NCBI GenBank assembly: GCA_051439505.1
Contig: JBFRWI010000104.1
Coordinates: 1 to 12,453 of the forward strand
Reading direction: 5' to 3'
From: Hormoscilla sp.
GTDB lineage: Bacteria > Cyanobacteriota > Cyanobacteriia > Cyanobacteriales > Desertifilaceae
Length of the DNA: 12,453 nucleotides
A model generated the notes under the pieces. The model was not told the origin of the DNA. It searched no databases and saw only the letters and a program-made list of their open reading frames with translations. Shown here piece after piece: positions 1 through 8,693 of the stretch. Each line of letters begins with the position of its first letter. Positions within the stretch are counted from its first letter, which is position 1. Both the position numbers and the translations under genes were made by a program.

Positions 1-356
1 TCCAGTCCTATTGCCTCCAGGTCAAAGGAGGCGATCGTCTGTTCAAATGATTTCGTTTTGTTAACCATTAACCCGGCAATAATTGCCTGAGAATAGGTTG
101 CACCTGAGGCTACTACAGTTTTAATCACTTCTATGACTGCATCATCCTCTGTTAAAGAAGAAAGTACACTGGCAAGATAGCGATCGAGAAGTTTTTCTTC
201 GGATGGAGTCGGCTCTTTGCCCGTCAATAAGTGATAAATGGCCCCGGTAAATGTCAAATTACCAATCAGGTCGTTCAGGTTTCTATTCCGAACGTACAGT
301 TCCGCTGGATTGAGGGTATGTCCGTCTATATCTGTACCGTGATATCGATATTCCAT
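1..356 (-). CDS. Partial CDS (runs off left edge): citrate synthase / citryl-CoA lyase-like protein, N-terminal region
   Basis: Hand translation from ATG at 356 is open to the edge (118 codons): MEYRYHGTDIDGHTLNPAELYVRNRNLNDLIGNLTFTGAIYHLLTGKEPTPSEEKLLDRYLAS...VASGATYSQAIIAGL. It resembles the citryl-CoA-lyase-type pattern (VRGxxLxxLIGxxSFxxxxxLLLTGxxPT...LD...ASG...QAxxAGL). SD-like AAGGAAG lies upstream on the minus strand (366-372). Confidence 0.6.
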   Translation of the reverse strand, partial: MEYRYHGTDIDGHTLNPAELYVRNRNLNDLIGNLTFTGAIYHLLTGKEPTPSEEKLLDRYLASVLSSLTEDDAVIEVIKTVVASGATYSQAIIAGLMVNKTKSFEQTIASFDLEAIGL

Positions 357-420
357 GTTAGAATACTTCCTTCTAATGTCTAAGTAAGCTTGAGTCGATC
401 TCCGAATAGGTTCTCGGCAC

Positions 421-1291
421 TCAGTACGGCTTGTCGCCAGCCAATATGGCGCGATGCATTATCCGTTTGAACCCGTGATAGTCATTCACCGGGTTGTGCT
501 GGGTGCAGCGATTATCCCAGAAGGCGAGGGAACCGCGCTGCCAGCGAAAGCGGCAGGTGAACTCCAGTCTGACTTGGTGCTCGAAGAGATAGTCTAGCAC
601 AGGTCGGCTTTCGGAGGCCGTCCACCCCTGGAAGTGCTTTGTGTGATTAATGTTGACGTAAAGGGCCTTCCTCCCAGTCTCTGGGTGCGTGCGCACGACC
701 GGATGTGCTCCGACGATCACCTCCCGCTCTGGACCGGCGTCGCCCTCGGCGATCCACCTGCTTTTTGAAGGCATGGGCCATGGACGAGGTGTTGATGCCG
801 ACGAGTCCGTCGAGAGTCTTCTTCAGACCCTCCGAGAGGGTCTCGTAGGCCATATACTGATTGGCGAACAGCGTGTCGCCACCGTAGGGCGGAATCTCCA
901 CAGCGTAAAGGATAGTCCCCATCGGCGGACGCTCCAGATAGGTGGTATCGGAATGCCACAGGCCGCCGAAGTTCATCCGCTCGTGCTCCAGCTTGACCAC
1001 CGGTGTGATTTGCGGACATTCGGGCAGTCCGGAGATCAGTGGGTATTCCATTGTCTGACCAAACTGCTGGGCGAAGGCAAGCTGTTGGTGGGGGGTGAGT
1101 TCTTGGTTAGTGAAAAAGATCGCTAAGTGATCGAGTAAGGCAAGGCGAATCTCCTCAAGGACTTCACCTTCCAGGGGTTCTGCCAGATTCACCCCTTGGA
1201 TCTCGGCCCCGATCGCACCTGCGATCGGATGCACCTTGATGTAGCGATAGTTTCGGCGTACCGCGTTGTCCATTGTTTTCCCTAAAGTCAT
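421..1291 (-). pseudogene. tauD-like: TauD/TfdA family Fe(II)/2-oxoglutarate dioxygenase, split by one frameshift near 748-766
   Basis: ORF 647..1291 carries IGAEIQGVNL, WHSDTT (HxD) and GGDTLFAN. ORF 421..774 (+1 frame) carries HPVVRTHPETGRKALYVN, WDNRCTQH and RIMHR. Joined length is about 290 aa. Alternative start ATG at 1273. Could be a sequencing error rather than a true pseudogene. Confidence 0.85.
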
Positions 1292-1356
1292 TTTACTGCG
1301 TTCTCATAGCTCCCGATCGCATCATCTGTGCCTTCTCTAACATTTGGACGCTGTCT

Positions 1357-1362
1357 ATTATA
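1357..1362 (-). promoter_or_regulatory. Candidate -10 box (TATAAT) upstream of tauD
   Basis: Perfect TATAAT on the minus strand within AT-rich GTACAATATATAATAG, about 65 nt upstream of ATG 1291. No clear -35. Confidence 0.35.
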
Positions 1363-1384
1363 TATTGTACTTGCACCACCGGAC

Positions 1385-1696
1385 AGGGTATTGCATAGGT
1401 TGTTGCCTTTGCCAATCTCTGGTAGTCAAAGCCACTTCTCGGTGGCGATCGCAATCACTGCTTGTCCCAGGATCGTAAAAGCTGCTGGTAGCGGTTGGGG
1501 GTTACCACCGATGATCCCATAGGCAATTCCCACTCCTCACCGGACCGATCGGCCAAGCTACCGGGACATGCAGCCAGTGCAAGAGTAAGCCTGCTACTAT
1601 AGCTACCGCAAGCAGAGTGCTGATTTTTCCGATCTGTGGTAGACTATAGCCGATCGCCTGGGAGGATCTGGGGATTTCCCAATTGACAATTGTCAA
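1385..1696 (-). pseudogene. Decayed N-terminal fragment of an AbrB-family membrane protein (AbrB/AidB-regulator, putative ammonia monooxygenase-type)
   Basis: Three frames stitch together: LLAVAIVAGLLLHWLHVPVAWPIGPV / (shift ~1537) GVGIAYGIIGGNPQPLPAAFTILGQAVIAIATE / (shift ~1437) SGFDYQRLAKATTYAIP. This matches the AbrB N-terminal pattern LHVPxAWxxGP...P...GQAVI. Resemblance ends near 1385. The 5' boundary is uncertain. Confidence 0.6.
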
Positions 1697-1698
1697 TT
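1681..1698. repeat. Perfect 18-bp palindrome AATTGACAATTGTCAATT (STRR-type TGACAAT units)
   Basis: Self-complementary. CAATTGACAATT (1680-1691) recurs at 1991-2002. Confidence 0.8.
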
Positions 1699-1753
1699 AA
1701 AAATTGTCGCCCCATTTTTTATATCATATCCGATAAGGAGGAAAGGAGCGATC

Positions 1754-1969
1754 GTGCTCAGAAAAATAACAGGAACTAATAACGAACAGTACGGGGTCTA
1801 TTATGTCGTGTTCGGTTCTCTCGCCGGAGATGACCGGTTGGTGAAGGAATATTTCTGGTCCGGTCCCTATGATAACCTGAAAACCGCAGTGGTTCAAGCT
1901 CGGGAATTAAGTCTGTCTCACCAGAATGATAGCTCCTTCGTCGTCAGAAAGTACAAAGAGTACACATGA
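1754..1969 (+). CDS. Small hypothetical protein (71 aa)
   Basis: GTG start preceded by tandem SD sequences TAAGGAGG (1734-1741) and AAGGAG (1743-1748, 5 nt spacing). Overlaps no other gene. No recognised domain. Confidence 0.65.
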   Translation: MLRKITGTNNEQYGVYYVVFGSLAGDDRLVKEYFWSGPYDNLKTAVVQARELSLSHQNDSSFVVRKYKEYT

Positions 1970-2004
1970 GCTTCGCCTCGCCCGCACCATCAATTGACAA
2001 TTAA

Positions 2005-4038
2005 CTATTGCAGACGCGATGTCATAAAATCTTCTACCCGTTTGAGCATTTGCTCTAATTCGGTTAGGAGTTCCGCTGCTAGCAGCAAATTGCTGGCCTT
2101 TGCCTGATCTTCGAGTTTTTCGGCTATTTCGGGCATGAAATTTACTCCCATGTTCAGTGTACTGCCTTTGATCTGGTGGGCTTTTTTAGCTATAACCATC
2201 GCGTCTGTCTCTGCCAGTGCTTGCTTTGCCTCTGCCAGGTAAACTTGCACGTCCTCAACAAATATTTGTAACAATTCTAATTCTAACTCCCGATCGCCCC
2301 CTGCGATCTCCTGTAGGCGATCGCAGTCTATTATAGATTCCTCCCTAGCTACAACTCCATCTTTTGCTTCTAACTCGATCGCGGATGACGACTTGCGGTC
2401 GGCGAAGTCGAACCGCCATTTTTCCAGCATAGCGGACAATTCTTCCAGAGACACGGGTTTACTCAGGTAATCGTCCATCCCCGCCGCCAGGCATTTTTCC
2501 CGATCGCCTTCCATCGCATTAGCTGTCAGTCCTACTACTATTGCATGACGATCGCCTCTTTCTTGTTGGCGCAGTAACCGCGTTGCCTCGTAGCCATCCA
2601 ACACTGGCATCTGACAATCCATGAGAACTAGATCGTAATCATGGGTTGCTATTAATTTTTCCAGAGCCTTTTGTCCATTATTCACGCAATCTGCCTGATA
2701 TTCCAGGATTCGCAGTTGATTTAGAACTACCTTTTGGTTAATTCTGGTATCTTCCACTAACAAGACTTTTATATCTTTTCTTTCGATTCGATCTTCTGTT
2801 TGCGCGGCAGTTAACTGACTTCCGCCAATCTCTGCTTTCGGCTTTGCAGTTGCTCCTGCTGGTTCATACTTGTTAAAGTTGGCAGTAAACCAGAAGGTCG
2901 AACCTGCACCTGGGGTGCTACTGCACCCTATGTCACCCCCCATCAACTGCACCAGTTGCTTACAAATTGCTAAACCTAAACCCGTTCCCCCATACTTGCG
3001 CGTCGTCGAATTATCAACCTGAGAAAAAGATTTGAACAATTTTGCTTGTGACTCTGGGGCTATGCCAATTCCCGTATCCCTGACGCTAAAATATAATGAT
3101 ATCTGCTCTTCATTCCTATTAAATTTTGCTGCTGAATCCCGGTTCATTTCCACTTTCAGCACCACTTCTCCCTCTTCTGTAAATTTGATCGCATTGCCGA
3201 GCATGTTGCTGATAATTTGCCGGAGACGATACCGATCCCCTCGTAATCTTACTGGCACATATGGGTCTATGTCACAAGCTATTTTTATTGCTTTCGCCTC
3301 CGCCTGGGGGGTAAATAACTTCAACAGATTTTCTCCTGTTGCCCTTAAGTCAAACTCTTCCCTTTCCAGCCGCATTTCTCCTGCTTCCAGCTTAGAAAAA
3401 TCGAGGATCTCGTTGATAATTATCAACAACCCTTCTCCACTAGCTTTTAATGTTTGCACAAAGTCAATTTGTTGATGATTGAGGTCGGTTTTTAATAGTA
3501 ACTCTGTCATTCCTAGCACCCCATTCATGGGAGTGCGGATTTCATGAGACATGGAGGCCAGAAATTGGGATTTTGCCCGGGCCGCTTCTAGGGCGGCATC
3601 CCTTGTCACCACTAATTCTTTCATGGTGCTTTTCAGTCTATCTCTAGTAGACTTCAACTCCAAATGAGTTTTGACACGGGCCATAAGTTCCAAGGCGTTG
3701 AATGGTTTGGTCACGTAATCAACTGCTCCTATTTCAAAAGCTTGCAACAGATGATCCTGTTCGTGACTAGCTGTCAGAAATATTACCGGAATATCGCGCT
3801 GTTCCCAGTTAGCTTTCAGCCGCGTGCAGACTTCCAGTCCGTCCATTTCCGGCATCATCAGATCCAACAGAATCAAATCTGGTTTAGCTGTCTGCACCCG
3901 TACTAGCGCCTGTTTGCCGCTAGTAGCAAAGGTCGTGGCATAACCCACTTCATCCAGCATCGATCCCACCACCTGGAGATTTTTGCTCACGTCATCTACG
4001 ACCAAAATTAGAAATTCTTCGGGGTTTAAAGGTTCCAT
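2005..4038 (-). CDS. Hybrid histidine kinase / phosphorelay protein, REC-HisKA-HATPase-REC-HPt
   Basis: REC1 ILVVDD...LILLDLMMP...KP; H-box [13 protein letters not shown]-box [26 protein letters not shown]2 LLVED...LVLMDCQMP...KP; HPt [14 protein letters not shown]. No sensor or TM segment. Confidence 0.95.
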   Translation of the reverse strand: MEPLNPEEFLILVVDDVSKNLQVVGSMLDEVGYATTFATSGKQALVRVQTAKPDLILLDLMMPEMDGLEVCTRLKANWEQRDIPVIFLTASHEQDHLLQAFEIGAVDYVTKPFNALELMARVKTHLELKSTRDRLKSTMKELVVTRDAALEAARAKSQFLASMSHEIRTPMNGVLGMTELLLKTDLNHQQIDFVQTLKASGEGLLIIINEILDFSKLEAGEMRLEREEFDLRATGENLLKLFTPQAEAKAIKIACDIDPYVPVRLRGDRYRLRQIISNMLGNAIKFTEEGEVVLKVEMNRDSAAKFNRNEEQISLYFSVRDTGIGIAPESQAKLFKSFSQVDNSTTRKYGGTGLGLAICKQLVQLMGGDIGCSSTPGAGSTFWFTANFNKYEPAGATAKPKAEIGGSQLTAAQTEDRIERKDIKVLLVEDTRINQKVVLNQLRILEYQADCVNNGQKALEKLIATHDYDLVLMDCQMPVLDGYEATRLLRQQERGDRHAIVVGLTANAMEGDREKCLAAGMDDYLSKPVSLEELSAMLEKWRFDFADRKSSSAIELEAKDGVVAREESIIDCDRLQEIAGGDRELELELLQIFVEDVQVYLAEAKQALAETDAMVIAKKAHQIKGSTLNMGVNFMPEIAEKLEDQAKASNLLLAAELLTELEQMLKRVEDFMTSRLQ

Positions 4039-4089
4039 GTTACTTGTTAGTTGTTACTTGTTAGTTGTTAGTTGTTAGTTGTTAGTTGT
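4039..4089. repeat. STRR heptamer tandem array (GTTAGTT/GTTACTT) x7
   Basis: Seven contiguous 7-mers from 4039 to 4087 plus GT, abutting the ATG at 4038. Confidence 0.95.
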
Positions 4090-4100
4090 AAATGCTATAA

Positions 4101-4228
4101 GAGGGTGGTCAAAAGTAGTTGCATTAGTAGATCTGTTTTCTCCTCTTACCAGTAGCCTGTCCCCCTGTCCCCCTGTCCACACCCCTGGGGGGGGGGATCC
4201 TCTTACCAACGGGCGCAAGACCACACCC
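4101..4228. mobile_element. MITE-like element, family A copy 1 (128 bp)
   Basis: Left end GAGGGTGGTCAAAAGTAGTTG, right end CAACGGGCGCAAGACCACACCC. 9-bp TSD ATGCTATAA at 4092-4100 and 4229-4237. Interior has CCTGTCCC x~3 (4156-4178), a G10 run, and TCCTCTTACCA duplicated (4141, 4198). Confidence 0.8.
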
Positions 4229-4231
4229 ATG

Positions 4232-7200
4232 CTATAATTGGAAATTTTCAAGCGATCGCCTCACTTCGGGAAACATTTCCATTGTAGTCGGTAAGCGCTC
4301 CCAGTCAAAAGCTTCGATCTGGGTTGATAGGGTAGCCCCATAGTCAAGTAGGGGGCCACACTGGTATTGGGCGCCCCAGGACTGCATCTGCTGGGCAAAT
4401 TGGCGCAAATCGCGCATTTTCATAGTATTGCACAATTGTGGCCAAACTGTTTCCTCTGCCTGCAATATTTTTTCCACCAGTTCCGGTAAGTCGGCGATCG
4501 CTGCGGGAGTCATTGGCACTGGTCCCGCTTCGCTAGTGGAGGAGGAGTAATTTTCATTTAGTGGCAGGATTTTCCGCAACTCCATTGCCAGTTGCTGACG
4601 ACTGACGGGTTTGCGCAGGAAACTCGTACACAGAGAGCGCAGCTTTTCCTCTTCTTCTTTGTGGGAGGAAGCGGTGACGATAATAATCGGGATATCTTTG
4701 GTTTGTGCGTTGGTAGTGAGATATTGGGCTGCCTCTCCACCGTCCATGTTGGGCATCCGCAAGTCTAAGAGGATCGCATCGGGGTGATGGGCGTGAGCCA
4801 TCTCGATCGCCTCTCGTCCATCTGTGGCCATCAGCAGGCGGTGCTTGCTATCTGCAAAATACCCCTCTATCAGGTCGCGGTTAGATTGGACATCATCCAC
4901 TACTAGGATAGTTGCGGCTGGGAATTGGTCAAAATCGGCATCATTGCTCTCCTGGGAGACTAGCTGCTCAGGAGACTGGGCGATCGCCACATGGGGGAAC
5001 ATCAAAGTAAAAGTAGTCCCCTGGCCCAATTCACTTTGCACCTGAATCTTACCGCCCAACATTTCCGTCAGTCGCTTGACGATCGCCAAACCCAGCCCCG
5101 TTCCCCCATATTTGCGGGTACTTTGCCCCTCACTCTGCATGAAAGCCTCGAATATTTTTTCTTGACTTTCTCTGGCAATGCCAATTCCCGTATCTGCTAC
5201 GATCGCTTCCAGACAGATTTTGTTAGTCTCTAGGGCACAGACTCGATCGTCACAAGCTAGCAGGCTGATTTTCACCTCCCCTTGTTCGGTGAATTTGATG
5301 GCATTGCCAACGATGTTGAACAGTATTTGCCGCAAGCGGATTTCATCAAACATTATCGCTTGCGGTATTGTTGCTGCTATTTCCAGTTGCAGCAACAGAT
5401 TTTTTTCTGCCGCTTTCTGGGAGAAGATTTGCTTAATTTCTGTCAGCAGCCCCCGCAAGTTCACTGGTTCGTAATTCAATTGCAGTTTGCCAGCTTCGAT
5501 TTTTGATAGATCCAGGATATCATTAATCAGGGCTAGGAGAGTATTGCTGCTAGCAACAATCGATTCCACATAGCTACGCGATCGCCCTTCCGTAACTAAC
5601 CCTTTGAGCAGGTCGCCAAAACCAATAATTGCATTCATGGGAGTGCGAATTTCATGGCTCATGTTAGCCAGGAATTCACTTTTCGCGGAGTTAGCTGCTT
5701 CCGCTTCCTCTCTAGCTTGCTCCAAAGCTTGGTTTTGGCGGGCGAGAACTGAGCGTTGCTGCTTCTCTTGTTCTAGCAATTGCGCTTGCGCTATAGCAAT
5801 TCCCACCTGGGAGGCTACAGCCTCTATTAATTCTATCTCCTCTGGCTGCCAACAGCGATATCGATCGCATTGATGCAGCCCCATCACTCCATTAGCTTTT
5901 CCTTTGGAGAAGGTTCCCACTGCTAGCATGGACTTCAGGTTGATTTGGCGGCAGATTGGTTCGGCATTCGTCAATAGGGTATCGGCATAGACATCGTCAG
6001 AGGCGATCGCCGATTCTTCTGCCAGCAACTGTTGCATGTGGGGGTTGTCCTCGATCGGAATTTGACAGCCTAAGATTGATTCTATTTCTCCTGTTAAATA
6101 TTCTGCCACAATGGTAACTTTCTCAATTGGCTCGCTAATGTACTTGTGAATTAGGCAGCGGCTCACATTAAATGCTTGCCCGACATTAATAGCTGTAGTG
6201 TTAAATATTTGCTGACTATCCAAACTCAAACGGATTTCGTCAGTAATTTGCCTCAGCAGGATGGCCCGGTGTAACTGATGTTCCAAAGCTTCCTGCCACT
6301 GCTTGCGCTCGTGGATATCCTCGATCGCCCCCACCAAATAGGTGACAGCACCTAGCTGGTTGCGGATCGCCGCTACGCTCAGATTCCCCCAGCGCAACTC
6401 GCGGTTTTTACAGATAAAGCGATTCTCTTTATTAGAGAAATTGTCTCTCTTCCCCGCCAAAATTTGGCGCTGATATTCTACATCGCCCCTCAGGTCCTCT
6501 GGATGGGTAACTTGATGGAAACTCATCTCTAGCAGTTCTGATTCTGTGTAGCCAATAAACTCGCAAAAACGCTGATTCACCTGGACAAAACGACCATTCG
6601 ACCCTGCCACAGCAATACCCATGGCCGCTTGTTTGAATATAGCACGGAATCGGGTTTCACTTTCCCGCAATGCTGCCTCGGCCTCCTTGCGATCGGTGAT
6701 ATCAAACCAGTAGCCCACACATTCGACGGGATTACCTGCTGAATCTCGGATCAGTTTAACTCCATCCTGCACCCAGATATAGTGACAGTCATTGCAGAGG
6801 AAACGATATTCGTGGAGGTGGAAATCATTCTCAAACAAGTGGGATAAGTCGGCTAAGATTTGCTCTCGCTCTTCTGGGTGAATGCGATTTATCCAAAAAC
6901 TGGCATCGGAGGTAAAATCTGCTGGGGAGTAGCCTGTCATCGACCGTACCCCTTCGCTGATAAAGGTGGCCCCAAAATCTCCGGAAGTTTTGCTGGTATA
7001 GAGAACTGCTTTGGTGTTGGCGAGAATAAATTCCAGCCGTTCTCTGGTTTGTTCCAGTTCCGACTGGGTCCGCAGGCGATCGGTGATGTCGTGGGTACTG
7101 ATTACCACTCCCGAGACAACTCCAGATTTCTCGTAGTGGGGATAGTAGTTAACTTCCAGGAACCTTTTTCCCTTCCTGGGAAATTCAAACCATGCTTGAT

Positions 7201-8650
7201 AGTGAATTTCCTCTCCTGCCAGACAGCTATCCAATTTTGGCTTGACAAGGGTGGCAAAAACATCCTCTCCCAGCACTTGGGCCACCGACTTGCCCACAAG
7301 ATCTTGGCTAGCGAAACCGGTTCTCCTGCTATAGACATCATTTACGGCCCGATAGATGTATTGGCGATCGACAAAAGCCATGCCATCCTGGGAGGAAGAA
7401 ACAATTTTTTTGTAAAGCTGCAGCGCCTCTTCCGCTTGCTTGCGATCGGTGATCTCCGTAGCCGTACCAAAAATTTGCTGAGGCCAGCCATCGATAGTGC
7501 GGTAAAATACCAGATCTCGACTCAAAAACCAGCGCCAATATCCATCTTTATGTCTCATGCGGTACTCTATTTCCATAACCTCGCCATCAGCAGCAGTGAC
7601 ATAGCGATTCTGCTGTTGTTCGACTACAGCAACATCCTCAGGATGGAGCAAAGTAGCCATAAAAGCTGAACCCATTGCCTGAATTTCTTCGGGGCTATAA
7701 CTCAGGGTTTTCCCCAGCTGACGATTTATATAGATATTTCTCTGCTCTAGGAGGTCATAGATATACAAAATACTGGGGCTTGCTTCGGCAATGCGTTGCA
7801 TAAAGTCCTTGCTTTCCTGTAAGGCTATTTCCGCTTTGTATCGTTCGGTCATGTCCCGCAGGGAGACTATATAAACTTGTTCTCCTTCCCATTGTGTTTG
7901 GGCTAACTTCATTTCGACAGCACATATTTCCCCAGAGCGAATTACCTCAACAGTTGATGTTTCCCCAGCCGCTATTGGCACGCCCACATCGTGATTCAAT
8001 ATTTTTCTTATGGGTTGATTAAATAGCTGACCTGCTGCTGGGTTAGCAAACCGCACGACCCCTTCTAGATCGACAATCATTATGCCATCATAACTATTAT
8101 TAACGATCGTCCCTAGCATGGCCTGCCGTTCCACTTCGAGCAGGGCCTGTTGAGACTTTACCTGTTGATGGGACACTTGCGCCCAACCTTTTACTTCTGC
8201 CCATGATTTCAGGGCCCGATAGAGGGCGATCGCCCCTTGCTTCTGCTTGAGGGAATCTTTGACTTGACAATCATCAATATCCGCTGCTGCAATCACTTCT
8301 AAATCTGGCAAGTCTTCCGGTTTATCCACCAAGCCAATAATCCGGATTAACTGATTTTGAAGTTCGGACCGAATATATTGTACTAAACTCCAAGCATCGT
8401 CTGCTAACTCTAGCAAAATCACTGCTGTATCCGGGTGAGTCGAGATTAACTCCCGGGCCGCAACTGGATCCTCAGCATAAATCCAAGTTAAGGGATTGTT
8501 ATCAAAGGTAAAATTTTGGAAATACCACTTAATCTGCTGGTGAAATTGCGCATCATTAGTCACCAACATGATTGGCCAGGGGCGATCGCCTGCCTGGGGG
8601 GAAGTCATAATTTGGGGATTGATGGGACGATCGGGACTGTTCATGACCAT
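4232..8650 (-). CDS. Multi-sensor hybrid histidine kinase: pseudo-REC, 5 PAS/PAC, GAF, HisKA, HATPase, REC, C-terminal helical domain
   Basis: Five PAS repeats ending in DxTxR/DIxER linkers; GAF ([11 protein letters not shown]...HQCDRYRCW); [38 protein letters not shown]...ILLDLRMP...KP. The track start is TTG 8668; ATG 8650 is preferred because AAGGA precedes it. Confidence 0.95.
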   Translation of the reverse strand: MVMNSPDRPINPQIMTSPQAGDRPWPIMLVTNDAQFHQQIKWYFQNFTFDNNPLTWIYAEDPVAARELISTHPDTAVILLELADDAWSLVQYIRSELQNQLIRIIGLVDKPEDLPDLEVIAAADIDDCQVKDSLKQKQGAIALYRALKSWAEVKGWAQVSHQQVKSQQALLEVERQAMLGTIVNNSYDGIMIVDLEGVVRFANPAAGQLFNQPIRKILNHDVGVPIAAGETSTVEVIRSGEICAVEMKLAQTQWEGEQVYIVSLRDMTERYKAEIALQESKDFMQRIAEASPSILYIYDLLEQRNIYINRQLGKTLSYSPEEIQAMGSAFMATLLHPEDVAVVEQQQNRYVTAADGEVMEIEYRMRHKDGYWRWFLSRDLVFYRTIDGWPQQIFGTATEITDRKQAEEALQLYKKIVSSSQDGMAFVDRQYIYRAVNDVYSRRTGFASQDLVGKSVAQVLGEDVFATLVKPKLDSCLAGEEIHYQAWFEFPRKGKRFLEVNYYPHYEKSGVVSGVVISTHDITDRLRTQSELEQTRERLEFILANTKAVLYTSKTSGDFGATFISEGVRSMTGYSPADFTSDASFWINRIHPEEREQILADLSHLFENDFHLHEYRFLCNDCHYIWVQDGVKLIRDSAGNPVECVGYWFDITDRKEAEAALRESETRFRAIFKQAAMGIAVAGSNGRFVQVNQRFCEFIGYTESELLEMSFHQVTHPEDLRGDVEYQRQILAGKRDNFSNKENRFICKNRELRWGNLSVAAIRNQLGAVTYLVGAIEDIHERKQWQEALEHQLHRAILLRQITDEIRLSLDSQQIFNTTAINVGQAFNVSRCLIHKYISEPIEKVTIVAEYLTGEIESILGCQIPIEDNPHMQQLLAEESAIASDDVYADTLLTNAEPICRQINLKSMLAVGTFSKGKANGVMGLHQCDRYRCWQPEEIELIEAVASQVGIAIAQAQLLEQEKQQRSVLARQNQALEQAREEAEAANSAKSEFLANMSHEIRTPMNAIIGFGDLLKGLVTEGRSRSYVESIVASSNTLLALINDILDLSKIEAGKLQLNYEPVNLRGLLTEIKQIFSQKAAEKNLLLQLEIAATIPQAIMFDEIRLRQILFNIVGNAIKFTEQGEVKISLLACDDRVCALETNKICLEAIVADTGIGIARESQEKIFEAFMQSEGQSTRKYGGTGLGLAIVKRLTEMLGGKIQVQSELGQGTTFTLMFPHVAIAQSPEQLVSQESNDADFDQFPAATILVVDDVQSNRDLIEGYFADSKHRLLMATDGREAIEMAHAHHPDAILLDLRMPNMDGGEAAQYLTTNAQTKDIPIIIVTASSHKEEEEKLRSLCTSFLRKPVSRQQLAMELRKILPLNENYSSSTSEAGPVPMTPAAIADLPELVEKILQAEETVWPQLCNTMKMRDLRQFAQQMQSWGAQYQCGPLLDYGATLSTQIEAFDWERLPTTMEMFPEVRRSLENFQL

Positions 8651-8693
8651 TAATCCTTGGGAAAGCAACTATTATCAATTATCATATTATATA

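Noticed and set aside
759..770. Programmed ribosomal frameshift at C-AAA-AAG in tauD
   Set aside because: Such motifs promote -1 shifts, whereas +1 is needed here, and TauD genes are not known to be recoded.
1328..1522. 64-aa plus-strand ORF
   Set aside because: It is antisense to the AbrB relic, has no SD, and is best explained as a shadow.
5780..6240. GAF domain as a cyanobacteriochrome photoreceptor
   Set aside because: It lacks the canonical bilin-binding CH motif and the DxxL/DXCF-type Asp motif, so bilin binding is unsupported.
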